Notes: generated by a model not told the origin, from the letters alone. DNA of 64,000 bases from Myxococcota bacterium (GCA_965140415.1 OZ223209.1:4128001-4192000); one strand, 5' to 3'; positions 1 to 10,545 are shown, counted from the stretch's first letter. Numbers and translations: made by a program.

Positions 1-160
1 TGAATAACGGCGAGCAGCGCGAACATACAATAAAACCTATCATATCCGTTAACTTAGAACATATTCAGTCTCCCACACATCCTGCCTGATCTGCCCCATC
101 CACGGCCTTTCCGAAATTCTCTCGGTTTGCAGAGATTCTCTGCTTAAGGCCGCATTCAAT

Positions 161-910
161 TTATCGGACGGTCCGGCAAGGGGAGCCAATACACTCTCCG
201 GGCAAAACTTGCATAACAGCGGTTTTGCCCGGTTTGCTTTTTATGCTCAAACTTGTCAATCGACACGGAGATTTGCCTAAATATATAGGAGATTCACAAG
301 TCGACTGACAACTTCGGTCCATACCGTTAGTATTACTTGACTTTTTCGACTTCTTCGCGGGCTTATTCTGTCCGCTTCCACCGCCAGAATGGCCGCCACC
401 GGGGGAGTTTTTCGGTCCTTTGCTGTCAAGAACCTGCTCGATACCCTTACCTTCCAAAAGCTTCACTCTGACCTTTTTCCCATCGTAGGTGATCCCGTCT
501 ACGAGTAACCGCACAAGTTCCTTCTGCTCTCCAGGCGTCAATACGTCCCAAACTGCATCGAATTTCTGGAGCAGTTCCTTGACGACTTCAGCATTGACGG
601 TACGGGCTTCCTCATCACGAATCCGGTCTTCAAGTGTTTTGATTTCGATGTCGATAGCATCCAACTGTTCATCGAAATCCTGTATCTGGGCCTTGATGAC
701 CTTTGATGCCTTCCCGGTCTGTCCGATAACCTTGAGAACCTGGCGTGCTTCTTTCTCGATGGTCGTACGGCGCTTGGCAAGCGCTGATTTCTTCTTCGAT
801 AGCTTTGGAATAGCCTGCTGAACGGAAGCGTTCACTTCTGCGATCACCTGGTCAATGAACTCCGGCTTTCGGGCCAGTTCACGAATGCCGTGCACAACAC
901 GGTCAATCAG
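161..910 (-). pseudogene. C-terminal remnant of a large serine recombinase (coiled-coil region)
   Basis: RVVHGIRELARKPEFIDQV...long coiled coil...VWDVLTPGEQKELVRLLVDGITYD resembles LSR C-termini; no catalytic or Zn-ribbon N-terminus; upstream part of the ORF is antisense to another fragment. Confidence 0.65.
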
Positions 911-1297
911 ATCAAGGTCGGCTTCCTGGCCAGCGTGGAACGTGATGAAACGCTGGAAAAGGAGCTGCACGACAAGGTCCACGCGCCCGCCGCTCCCTGG
1001 GGACTGATCTGGCCGGATGAGGAATTCGGTTTCGGTACCGGTCATCACTTTTCCGGACATACTGACAACGAACCAATCGACGATGACATCCTTGCTGAAC
1101 TGCAGATGGTCGGTTTGAGTACAGATCAAGCAGTTGAACTGCTCGACGCTATTGATGACTGGCTAGGCGACCTGGACGAGTCCTGGGTCATCCTGGACGG
1201 CGTCCTCGGCGGCGATGGCCGATCAGTCGATCCATGGTCCGTGCTGCAGGTGCTGGGGGAATGGGGAATTGTGGGCGGTGCACATCATGTGGTTTGA
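890..1297 (+). pseudogene. acidic hypothetical protein, probably a 5'-truncated fragment
   Basis: Coding-like acidic ORF that begins at the junction with the recombinase remnant; no clear start or RBS. Confidence 0.35.
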
Positions 1298-1371
1298 TAA
1301 AGGAGCGATGCTCATGGGAAGGGGCGCGAGCCTCTTCTTTTAGTTCCGATCACAGTGCTATCCAGAAGTTG

Positions 1372-2640
1372 TCACTTAGCAAATGGCCAAACCGTCTCGA
1401 CCATCGCCCCTCCGAGGGGTGAATCGGAAATGGCCAGATGGCCTCCGTGCCGTTGCATGATTCGGCTGACGATGGCCAGGCCAAGGCCCACACCGCCTGT
1501 CCTGCGTCCGCGGTCGGCATTGAGACGGACGAAAGGAGCCAAGACCTTCTCGCGCAGTTCTTCCGGAATGCCGGGTCCATCGTCGTGAATGGCCACGCTG
1601 ACCTGTTCGTTTTCCTCCTTAAGCTCAAGCCAAACCCTGTTTCGTGCATGGCGAACGGCGTTTCTCAACAGGTTCTCGATCGCCCGCTGAAAGAGACGCT
1701 GATCGGCATGAATGCTCGCGGTGACCGGCAGCTCAAGCTTTACCTCAACGTTTCGGCCTTCCGGCGCCTCCAGTTCCGCCAACTCGGTCAAATCGGTCAG
1801 GCTTTGGGTTGGGTCAAAGGTTCGGCGATCAATTTCGATCTCATCGGACTGCACGTAGCTCAATAACTCCGCCACAAGATCGTCCAAGGCGTCGAGCTCA
1901 AGCGTCATCGCCTGGAGCCGCTCTTCGCGCTTCTCCTCCGATTGATTGGCAAGCAACTCCATTTGGAACCGAAGCCTGGAAAGCGGCGAGCCGAGTTCGT
2001 GTGATACTGCCTGCACAAGTTCATCGCGACTTCGGATCAATCGCTCCACTCGTTCGGCCATTTCGTTGAAACTGGCAGCCAACTCGTTGGATGGGCTTCC
2101 CTGGTCATCCACTCGAATGGTCAGTTCCCCTGCCGCTAAAGCTTTATTCGCGCTTTCGACCTTCCGGAGTTGGTATTCGACACGCAGAGCCACCAAACCG
2201 GCGATAAGAGGCAGACCAATGATCGCGATAATCACTCCAATAGGAAAGAATCCTTGAGGAGGAGAGAATGGATTGACCGGACCGGCGGCCAGAGCCGATT
2301 GACCATTATTGAATACCAGATAATACCACTCCTCCCGTGGAGAAACCCTGTGTGGAATCCGTTCACCTCGCTTCACATGGCGACCGACAAATCGCTCGAC
2401 CTCAGCCAGGGAGACAATTCCCAAATCGACACCGAAATGAGGTTGGAGTTCGTGCAACCGTGAGACCCGGTTCGCGTCCGGCTCCTGGTCGAGGATTTCA
2501 TGAACCAGGAACACACCTTCATGTCGAGCTCTCTGATTCGTCCAGGACAGGGTTTGAGCGTAGGCGATCAGAATAGCAAACCCGATCGCCCAACTCATAA
2601 GAACACTCACAATGACCAGGCGTATAAACGAACGTCTCAT
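1372..2640 (-). CDS. sensor histidine kinase (HAMP-HisKA-HATPase, RstB-like)
   Basis: Two TM segments, H-box SHELGSPL, N-box ENLLRNA, DDGPG and GVGLGL boxes. Confidence 0.95.
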   Translation of the reverse strand: MRRSFIRLVIVSVLMSWAIGFAILIAYAQTLSWTNQRARHEGVFLVHEILDQEPDANRVSRLHELQPHFGVDLGIVSLAEVERFVGRHVKRGERIPHRVSPREEWYYLVFNNGQSALAAGPVNPFSPPQGFFPIGVIIAIIGLPLIAGLVALRVEYQLRKVESANKALAAGELTIRVDDQGSPSNELAASFNEMAERVERLIRSRDELVQAVSHELGSPLSRLRFQMELLANQSEEKREERLQAMTLELDALDDLVAELLSYVQSDEIEIDRRTFDPTQSLTDLTELAELEAPEGRNVEVKLELPVTASIHADQRLFQRAIENLLRNAVRHARNRVWLELKEENEQVSVAIHDDGPGIPEELREKVLAPFVRLNADRGRRTGGVGLGLAIVSRIMQRHGGHLAISDSPLGGAMVETVWPFAK

Positions 2641-3347
2641 CGGGAAACCAATAGGTACCCTGCACTTCGCACAGACTTGAGCTGGTTCGGATCGAAACCG
2701 GCCTGTTGAAGTTTCTGCCGAATACGGCTCACGTGCACATCCATACCTCGGTTAATGCCGTCGTATTCAACTTCCATGATATCCAAATAAAGATCCTCTC
2801 GCTTTACCACACTCCCTGCGTCCCTTGCTAGCATGGAAAGTATGTCGAACTCCATTGTGGTCAGTGCCACCGGCCGCCCATTGATGCTGACTTCACGTGA
2901 TCGCATGTCGAGTCGTAGTGGTCCTATGTCGATAATGTCATTGATGGCCTCATTTTTTAACGTCCGGACATCATTGAAACGACGCAACTGAGTTCGGATT
3001 CGCGCCAGAAGAATCCTTGGTTCAATCGGCTTGTTTACGAAGTCATCAGCCCCGAGTTCTAAACCGGCCACATGGTCCGATTCACTCTGGCTTGCAGTAA
3101 GCATCAATATGGCTCCAGAATACGTGCCTCGAACCTGACGGCAGACGTCCAGACCACCGATTCCAGGTAACATCAGGTCCAGGATAACAAGGTCAGGGCT
3201 GTTTTTTAGAATCGCTGAAACCCCATCTTCCCCTGTCGCTACTCGTGTAAGCTCGTAACCTTGCAGACCGAGATATTCCATCAGCAGTTCTGCCAACTGG
3301 TCGTCATCTTCAACGATGAGAATATGCGCCATATCATTCTTCATCAT
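2637..3347 (-). CDS. OmpR-family response regulator
   Basis: ILIVEDD, LDLMLPG, GADDFVNKP, winged-helix DVHVSRIRQKL; overlaps the kinase start by 4 nt. Confidence 0.95.
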   Translation of the reverse strand: MMKNDMAHILIVEDDDQLAELLMEYLGLQGYELTRVATGEDGVSAILKNSPDLVILDLMLPGIGGLDVCRQVRGTYSGAILMLTASQSESDHVAGLELGADDFVNKPIEPRILLARIRTQLRRFNDVRTLKNEAINDIIDIGPLRLDMRSREVSINGRPVALTTMEFDILSMLARDAGSVVKREDLYLDIMEVEYDGINRGMDVHVSRIRQKLQQAGFDPNQLKSVRSAGYLLVSR

Positions 3348-3513
3348 TCACAAAGTATACCTTATCCAAATGATCGCGCAAGCTACAATGCCCTTCTCTA
3401 CAAAACTCAATATTTCTCATATTGTATCAAGCAATTCGACATTCTAGAATTATCGCCAGACGGATAGATGAACCGATGAACACCGTAACGATGACACGTA
3501 ACCGCAGGAGAGA

Positions 3514-5682
3514 ATGATGAAGAAACTACTGCCCTTACTCTTTTGTGCGCTTGGCTTGTTGGCGCTCACGACCGGCTGTTCCTCCGACGCAAAAGCGGAA
3601 TCCACCCCTTCATTGGATGATGGAGACACTTCAATGGAAGACGGAGACACCCCGTCAGAAGATGGCGACACTCCTTTGGAAGACGGAGATACATCGTTGG
3701 AAGACCTTTACAGAGACCTGTATCTTGAGGGTGGCGAACCGCCGGAGATTCCTGAAGGGCAAATGTGGGAGATGCTCGGAACCCAGATGGCGACCTTGAG
3801 AGAAACAGAGGCGCTCGTTCGGCAGAGCCTCCTCAATAAGGGCATGATCACCGTTATGATATGTGGCGCTAATTCTCCCCTTCCAACGACACCGGGCGCG
3901 CAAGCCTGCACCGCCGTATTTGTCAATGGACAGTTCCTGCTGTTTGACGCCGGCGATGGCGCCCAGCGATCCATGGAAGACCTTGATTTGCCAGTGGCTG
4001 ACCTTTCCGCCGTATTTATCACCCATTACCATAACGATCACGTTGCGGACATCGGAGAGGTGATTGAGCGAAGTTGGACTCTGGGACGCCGCCATAAGGT
4101 TTCGGTATATGGCGGTGAAGGGTTGACGCAATTCATCAAAGGCATCGAGGATACATACGAGATCGACTACGGAGTCCGAGAAGCTCATCATGGCGAAACA
4201 TTTCTTCCCAGAGAATATTTAGAAGTGGACGCCAATCCCATCGACCTCGCTGAAGGAGAGAGTGTCGTCGTTTACGAACGTGACGGGGTCGTCGTCACGG
4301 CGTTTGACGTCCATCATCCGCCTGTCGAACCGGCGATGGGGTTTACCGTCACCTATGCGGGAAAGAAAATCGTGATCAGCGGAGACACGGCCTATACGGA
4401 AACCCTGGAGCAGCATAGCGAGAATGCCGATGTGCTGGTCAGCGATGTCATGAACCATGAAGCTGTGACTGCCATGGAAGCGGTCAGCGCAGCAAATGGT
4501 TGGTACCGCAACGCGATTATATTCCGTGACATCAAAGAGTACCATATCGATGTCAATGAACTCGGGAAGTTGGCTCAAGACAGCGGTGTTAAAACCTTGC
4601 TGCTGACGCATATGATTCCCTACATGGACAATGATACCGTCCGGAATCTCTGGTACAACATCCCAATTATGACAAAGTATTCGGGAAACTTCCGTATCTC
4701 TCATGATGGTGCGATGGTGAAAATGCGTCTGGCAAAGCCCGATGGACGCGAAATCATCACCGAATACTATGACAGCGGCGCCTTGCGCAGCGAGGTCTCC
4801 TACCTTGGTGACATCAAGGATGGCATTGGGCTTACCTGGTATGAAAATGGTGACCTCAAGAGCGAAATCAACTGGACAATGGGTTCCGGCCAGGCGGTGA
4901 ATTATGACAGAAATGGCGCGTTGATACAGCCGAGTATCCATCCGGATTATTCAGGGAAAACCTTCACGCTGCACGATAAAAAAGCGCTTATCATCACAAC
5001 CAGCGTTTCGACCCTGGGAGAGGACGGAGCGGCGACGGGCGTGTTTGCTTCGGAAATGACGGCGCCTTACTACGAGTTTTCAGATGCAGGCATGCAGGTG
5101 GATGTGGCCAGTATTGAAGGAGGCGAGATACCGATCGATCCACAATCCTTCCTGCCGGCCATCATATCAAAATACGACGAACGTTACCGGAATGATCCGG
5201 TCTTCAAGGACAAGACAAACAACTCGCTGAAGATCGACGACCTTGATTTCACGGATTACGACGTCGTCTATCTGGCCGGCGGCTGGGGGGCGGCCTATGA
5301 CCTGGGGTTTTCTGAGGTTCTGGGCGAGAAGATCTCCTTAGCCTACCAGGCCGGGATACCGCTCGGGGCCGTATGCCATGGTCCGCTCGGCTTCCTGAAC
5401 GCCAGGGATGAGAGCGGAATACTTTTGGTTGAAGGGCGCCGGATGACGGGTGTCACGGACAAACAGGTATCGGAGTTGGGGATTGAAATGACTCCGCAGC
5501 ATCCGGAGACCGAGCTAAGAAATGCCGGTGCGATTTTTGAGAGCATCACCTCAACCAGTGATTTCATGGCCAATTATGTCGTCTCTGACGGTCTCATCGT
5601 GACGGGGCAGAATCAGAATTCCGGAGCTGAGACGGCACATTGGTTGATGGAGTTGATTGAGGCGGCAAGCGAAAGACGCTGA
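3514..5682 (+). CDS. lipoprotein: RNase Z/AtsA-like MBL-fold hydrolase + MORN-like segment + DJ-1/PfpI domain
   Basis: Lipobox TTGC; THYHNDH, ISGDT, LTHM; YYDSG/WYENG repeats; ASEMTAP and AVCHG of DJ-1/Hsp31 family. Confidence 0.85.
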   Translation: MMKKLLPLLFCALGLLALTTGCSSDAKAESTPSLDDGDTSMEDGDTPSEDGDTPLEDGDTSLEDLYRDLYLEGGEPPEIPEGQMWEMLGTQMATLRETEALVRQSLLNKGMITVMICGANSPLPTTPGAQACTAVFVNGQFLLFDAGDGAQRSMEDLDLPVADLSAVFITHYHNDHVADIGEVIERSWTLGRRHKVSVYGGEGLTQFIKGIEDTYEIDYGVREAHHGETFLPREYLEVDANPIDLAEGESVVVYERDGVVVTAFDVHHPPVEPAMGFTVTYAGKKIVISGDTAYTETLEQHSENADVLVSDVMNHEAVTAMEAVSAANGWYRNAIIFRDIKEYHIDVNELGKLAQDSGVKTLLLTHMIPYMDNDTVRNLWYNIPIMTKYSGNFRISHDGAMVKMRLAKPDGREIITEYYDSGALRSEVSYLGDIKDGIGLTWYENGDLKSEINWTMGSGQAVNYDRNGALIQPSIHPDYSGKTFTLHDKKALIITTSVSTLGEDGAATGVFASEMTAPYYEFSDAGMQVDVASIEGGEIPIDPQSFLPAIISKYDERYRNDPVFKDKTNNSLKIDDLDFTDYDVVYLAGGWGAAYDLGFSEVLGEKISLAYQAGIPLGAVCHGPLGFLNARDESGILLVEGRRMTGVTDKQVSELGIEMTPQHPETELRNAGAIFESITSTSDFMANYVVSDGLIVTGQNQNSGAETAHWLMELIEAASERR
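3616..3705 (+). repeat. four 21-nt tandem repeats encoding (D/E)DGDTxx
   Basis: gatgatggagacact / gaagacggagacacc / gaagatggcgacact / gaagacggagataca at 21-nt period. Confidence 0.85.
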
Positions 5683-5705
5683 TGGCAATGAAAGCGAGGA
5701 GAACC

Positions 5706-6476
5706 ATGAAAGCTGTGAATCTAGGATGGCTTTTGCTGATTTGCATAGCCCTGATCGCCTGCAGCGATGAGGATAAGGCCAATACACCAGACGGTGATAC
5801 CGACCAACTAGACGGCGATTCCACCGACAATGAAGCCATTGACGGAGACGGCGAAAGCGAACAGTCCGGTGGTGATGAGGACATCGCCGAGACCGACTCC
5901 GATGAAGAAGATGTCCCCAGAGTCGGCTACGAAATCCTGCAGATCCTGTCCATGAATGAAATCGTTGTTTGGATCAGCACGGAGATCACCCAGGAGGAGT
6001 TCGACGCTATTGATGCGCCGCCCATGGAATGGATCAAGAACGAACCTCGCGAGGGCGACCCGGACGGGGCTTTCTTTGCCCGCTCACCAGATTCAACAGT
6101 AAATGGCGAGTTTACCTATGAGGAGCATTTCGGCCACGAGTGGATGCACAACGCCACGGTCATCGAAGCCAACACACCACTGGATGATGACGGTCTGCTC
6201 AGGCTCAGCCGCGTTGCCAAGTTTCATACGGTGACCTTCAACGCCGGTCGGACATTGAAGGTGCTTGTCTCGCCGGATGGCGGGCAGTACGTGCGCATCT
6301 CCCGCGATGCCTTCCGCACGGTTGAAGAACCGACCCTGCCTGACGGATGGTCCATCGTGGACTACGTAACACCTGAACTACTGGAAATAGAGTTGCCCAA
6401 TCCGACGGACAACATTCGCTGCGACAATGAAGATTCGTTCCAGGGACCATTGCCCGACCTGCCGCTGGGTGAATAG
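5706..6476 (+). CDS. hypothetical lipoprotein
   Basis: RBS gagga, lipobox LIAC, DGD linker; C-terminal domain resembles the middle domain of the next gene. Confidence 0.8.
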   Translation: MKAVNLGWLLLICIALIACSDEDKANTPDGDTDQLDGDSTDNEAIDGDGESEQSGGDEDIAETDSDEEDVPRVGYEILQILSMNEIVVWISTEITQEEFDAIDAPPMEWIKNEPREGDPDGAFFARSPDSTVNGEFTYEEHFGHEWMHNATVIEANTPLDDDGLLRLSRVAKFHTVTFNAGRTLKVLVSPDGGQYVRISRDAFRTVEEPTLPDGWSIVDYVTPELLEIELPNPTDNIRCDNEDSFQGPLPDLPLGE

Positions 6477-6494
6477 AGGAAAGAGAGGATACCG

Positions 6495-8543
6495 ATGAAA
6501 CTTAGAAGTATGCTACTTGTACTGACCATCTTCGTCGTTTTCGCAGGTTGCAGTGATGGTGAGGGTGCTAGCTCCAATACCGGAGATGATCGCCCTTGCG
6601 ATGCCGAACCCGAGATCCTGACCACGGAGGACGGCGTCGAATTCGTGCGCACCCCGGATTCATGCTTTGACAATCTACCAGACTGGCCGTATGAACCACA
6701 CTACGTAGAGATCGATGGGCTGCGACAGGCATATGTTGATGAAGGTCCGGCGGACGGCCCGGTGGTCTTGCTGCTGCACGGTCAGCCCTCATGGGCCTAC
6801 CTGTACCGCAAGATGATTCCGGTCCTCGTGGACGGTGGGTTCCGCGTCATCGCCATGGATCACTTGGGCATGGGACGTTCGGACAAGCCCATTGACATCG
6901 ATTACTACACCTACCTGCGCCACAACGAGCGTCTGCTAAGATTCATCCAGGAACTCGACCTGCGCGACATCAACCTTTTCGTGCAGGATTGGGGTAGCCT
7001 GATCGGTCTGCGTGTGGCCGGTCTGAATCCCGATCTGTTTGCTCGGATCGCCGTCGGCGACGGCATGCTACCGGTCTTCCCGGAAGGTGTTCAGCCTTTC
7101 CCGCCGGTCGAGAATCCAAACGAGATCGTGGATATGGAGCCACTTTTCGACCAGATGCCGGAGCAGCAGGTGCCGATGTACGATGGTTGCGAACCCTTGT
7201 CAGGGCTCGATCCGAGCTACTTCGGTAATTGGATGGAATACTCCATGAAAGCCAGATCCTTCCACGCCTCTGAGGTCGTCGAGGCCATGACTTGGTTCGA
7301 CCTGTCATCCGAGGTGGAAGCGGCCTATGACGCGCCGTTTCCCAACAGGATCTACATGGCCGGTCCGCGCAAGTTCCCGTCTTGTGTAAACGAGGTTCCG
7401 GGAACGACTGAGGAAGCTTGGGAAGGGCTTAAGTCATTTGAAAAACCATTTTTAGCGATCTGGGCCTCCAACGATCCGGGCAACCTGGGATCCTGCGAGG
7501 CGCAGCAGAATCTGGTCGATTCCATTCCGGGCGCGGCGGGACAACCCCATGACCGACTTGCCGAGGCCAGCCATTTCCTTCAGGACGATCAAGGGGCGGA
7601 GATCGCGCGACGCCTGGTCCCGTTCTACTCCGACCAAAGCGACCGCACCGATCAGAGTCAACGCGGATTCCGCTACTGCGAGATCCTATTGGGATACATG
7701 GTCGATGGTGAGTTGCGCGCCGAGGCATGGGGTACGCAGGGACTAAATCTCTGTCCTGCGGAACAATGGGAAGCGCTGGATCCCGACGCCATCCAAGAGC
7801 AATACGAGGCGGACGTCATTAGGATGAATGGCCCCCGCCAATGGATACCTGACGGTGGAAACGCTGAATTCCCGGATCGCGAACACCGCATGTATGGCGA
7901 TCTGGAAATGCAACTGCTTGCCACGATCATCGTGGACCCGGCGAACGCGACCGGTGCTCCCTACACTGAAGGCCGGGTCGAGCGGAGCACGGTCTACGAA
8001 TTCTGGTCCGGCTTCGAGACTTACGAGCTCGTTTCTCCAGACGGCTCGGTTTACATCATGCAGGCCATGTCACAGATCGTGGACCCGGACTTGACCATGG
8101 ATGACCTATCGACTCTGGGATCGCGCCTTGAGCTGCCTGATGGCTGGACATATCAGGTTAAGCGACGGATCACGGATCTTGAGTTGGTGATCGAAAGCGA
8201 AGCCATCATGATCCAGGACGAACTTCAGAACTCTTATCAGCGCATGAGCGAAGGCGAACCAGCCCAACAGTTGCCGGTGCTCGAAGACGGCACCGGGACG
8301 CCGTGTGCGAGCGATGCGGACTGCGAAGGCCTCGATGCGTCGCACTGTCTGGTTGCCAGTGGTCAAGGTTATTGTACGGTTGAAGGATGCGAGAGCGGCG
8401 CTTGCGGAACGCCTTACGTTTGCTGCTATGGCTGCAACGAGATGGCCGCTCCCATGCTGCCGTTCGAAGGATCGGCTTGCATTCCCGGTGAGGACGGCAT
8501 CACCAGTCTGCTCACCGGCCAGGCCGGTTGCACCTGCGATTGA
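6495..8543 (+). CDS. lipoprotein haloalkane dehalogenase-like alpha/beta hydrolase + unknown domain + 12-Cys tail
   Basis: LLHGQPSWAYLYRKMI, nucleophile FVQDWG, AYDAPFP, SHFLQDD; lipobox FAGC. Confidence 0.85.
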   Translation: MKLRSMLLVLTIFVVFAGCSDGEGASSNTGDDRPCDAEPEILTTEDGVEFVRTPDSCFDNLPDWPYEPHYVEIDGLRQAYVDEGPADGPVVLLLHGQPSWAYLYRKMIPVLVDGGFRVIAMDHLGMGRSDKPIDIDYYTYLRHNERLLRFIQELDLRDINLFVQDWGSLIGLRVAGLNPDLFARIAVGDGMLPVFPEGVQPFPPVENPNEIVDMEPLFDQMPEQQVPMYDGCEPLSGLDPSYFGNWMEYSMKARSFHASEVVEAMTWFDLSSEVEAAYDAPFPNRIYMAGPRKFPSCVNEVPGTTEEAWEGLKSFEKPFLAIWASNDPGNLGSCEAQQNLVDSIPGAAGQPHDRLAEASHFLQDDQGAEIARRLVPFYSDQSDRTDQSQRGFRYCEILLGYMVDGELRAEAWGTQGLNLCPAEQWEALDPDAIQEQYEADVIRMNGPRQWIPDGGNAEFPDREHRMYGDLEMQLLATIIVDPANATGAPYTEGRVERSTVYEFWSGFETYELVSPDGSVYIMQAMSQIVDPDLTMDDLSTLGSRLELPDGWTYQVKRRITDLELVIESEAIMIQDELQNSYQRMSEGEPAQQLPVLEDGTGTPCASDADCEGLDASHCLVASGQGYCTVEGCESGACGTPYVCCYGCNEMAAPMLPFEGSACIPGEDGITSLLTGQAGCTCD

Positions 8544-8557
8544 GAATGGAGGAACCC

Positions 8558-9922
8558 ATGAAACACCTGAATATCCTGCTGCTCCTGGCTGTCTGCCTGG
8601 CCTTTGCCGCTTGCAGCACTGACAATAGTGACGCCGTGACAGACGGAGATATCGACAACGAAAATGTAATTGATGGCGACATGTCGGAAACTGACAGTGA
8701 TGTCGAAACGACACCGCCTCTGGAGCTCACAACCGACTTGTGCGACGACCCGAGCAACCTGCAGGCCGTGATGGAGGCCTTACAGAACAGTGGGGGCGGA
8801 GGCATGTTCGGCGGAGGCATGTTCGGCGGCGCCAACCAGGAGCAGTTCGAACGTATGATGGCGGCACCGACCGATGGTCCTTTCTACATGTTCAACCTGC
8901 TCCGCTATCGCGAGTGGGCCGAGTATTCCGACGGACGGGAGACCGATCTGACCGGGCGCGAGGCGAACGCTCTCTATTCTCCTGTGGAGTTTCTTGAGGC
9001 AATCGGCGCCCGGCCCGTCTACATGACCGAGATTCACGACCAGATTGATGGCAATGACATTTTCTGGGACGAAATCGCAATCGTGGAGTACCCGTGCCCA
9101 CTGGCTTTCTTCGCCATGTTGTCGCAACCTGAGTTCCAAGCCCGAGCCGTGCATAAAGAAGCGGGGGTAGAGAAAACCATCGCCATCGTCACAGATCTGG
9201 TGCCGATTCCCCCTCCCGCTGACCCGGACCAGTCCGAGGCGGCCTTCCCGCCGGCCGCCGATGACCCGGCCTTCGACCTGATCCACGTGATGGACTTCCA
9301 CGACATCGCCCATTACGAAGAAGGAGCAGACGAACCCGAGCGGACGGGGAGAGAGGCCTGGGAGATGTATCAGGCCAGCGGCCAGGGCGCTTCGTCTGAA
9401 CTCGGTCACTATCCTACCGCCATCCTGGAGATTCAGGGTGTGTTTACAGGAGACGAACGCAGCTGGGACCAGATTCAGATGATTCACATGTCGAGTATGG
9501 AGGGTTTCCAGGTCCTGCTCGACGACGACACCCGTGAGGCTGGCCGCTACCATCGCTATGCGGCCTTGCAGCATAACTATTCGATGATCACCTTCCCGAC
9601 TCTCTCACAGATACCGTACGCAGGCGACGACTCGGGCGGTGATGGTCCCATGCCGGTCACTGACGACGGTACTGGCACCCTATGCCAGACAGACGACGAC
9701 TGCCCCGGTGATGGCGTTGACAAATGCCTCACGGATGGCGGCGCAGGAGGATTCTGCACCAGGGAAGGTTGCGGTGCAGGCGAATGCGAATCCCCATACC
9801 TCTGCTGTCATGATTGCAGCGAGATGGTGGCTGACATGCTCCCGTTCGAGGGTTCCGCCTGTCTGCCCGGTGATATGACAGGTCAGCTCACCGTTGCACC
9901 GGTTTCGTGCACATGCGACTGA
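8558..9922 (+). CDS. lipoprotein with two tandem DUF1330-like domains + 12-Cys tail
   Basis: Lipobox FAAC; internal repeat NLLRYR..Y..G..TGREA..LY / HVMDFH..Y..G..TGREA..MY. Confidence 0.7.
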   Translation: MKHLNILLLLAVCLAFAACSTDNSDAVTDGDIDNENVIDGDMSETDSDVETTPPLELTTDLCDDPSNLQAVMEALQNSGGGGMFGGGMFGGANQEQFERMMAAPTDGPFYMFNLLRYREWAEYSDGRETDLTGREANALYSPVEFLEAIGARPVYMTEIHDQIDGNDIFWDEIAIVEYPCPLAFFAMLSQPEFQARAVHKEAGVEKTIAIVTDLVPIPPPADPDQSEAAFPPAADDPAFDLIHVMDFHDIAHYEEGADEPERTGREAWEMYQASGQGASSELGHYPTAILEIQGVFTGDERSWDQIQMIHMSSMEGFQVLLDDDTREAGRYHRYAALQHNYSMITFPTLSQIPYAGDDSGGDGPMPVTDDGTGTLCQTDDDCPGDGVDKCLTDGGAGGFCTREGCGAGECESPYLCCHDCSEMVADMLPFEGSACLPGDMTGQLTVAPVSCTCD

Positions 9923-9945
9923 TAGAGAGGAGCATATATAGAACA

Positions 9946-10545
9946 ATGAAATACACAAACCTGAAAGCGATCCTTTTCATCTGTGTATTCGTGGCGATGG
10001 TTATATTCATCTCTCCACAAACCGATGCTCAGGAACCCTTATCTGAGCGGGAAACGTTCACCGGAACATGGGTGAATGCTGAAAATGTGGAGGAGGAAGA
10101 GAAACGCCAGCGAGCGATCAAGAAACTGACCAACGATATGCCGGGCATCATGCGCCGAATAGCCAAAAAGCGTTTGGATGAGCGAACGACCCCGCCAAAA
10201 GAGATAGGAATCAAAGTCGTGGAGGATCGGGTTGAGTTCATGCTGGATAACAATACGATCTCACTCCAGTTTGGCGCGAAACCGATTACGGTCAAGAGAA
10301 ATGGGAATCAGGGAAAGGTGTCCGCCCGATTTGATGATGGGAAAATCGTGGTGACGTCTGTAGGAAATAATGGTAAGCGCACGACGACCTATACACTTTC
10401 GGAGGATATGGAAACGCTAACCAGATCGCTCCACATGAAAGGTGACCGGCTCCCACGTGCGCTTGTCTGCCAGGCAACGTATCGGCAAAAACCGGATACA
10501 GCGAAACAGGACGCGCCAAAGCAGTCAGCTAATGGAGAAGAATGA
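9946..10545 (+). CDS. hypothetical secreted protein
   Basis: RBS gagg, signal peptide, operon position. Confidence 0.7.
   Translation: MKYTNLKAILFICVFVAMVIFISPQTDAQEPLSERETFTGTWVNAENVEEEEKRQRAIKKLTNDMPGIMRRIAKKRLDERTTPPKEIGIKVVEDRVEFMLDNNTISLQFGAKPITVKRNGNQGKVSARFDDGKIVVTSVGNNGKRTTTYTLSEDMETLTRSLHMKGDRLPRALVCQATYRQKPDTAKQDAPKQSANGEE

Noticed and set aside
8795-8830. 15-nt tandem duplication encoding GGGMF twice
   Set aside because: Simple in-frame slippage in a linker; no evidence of function
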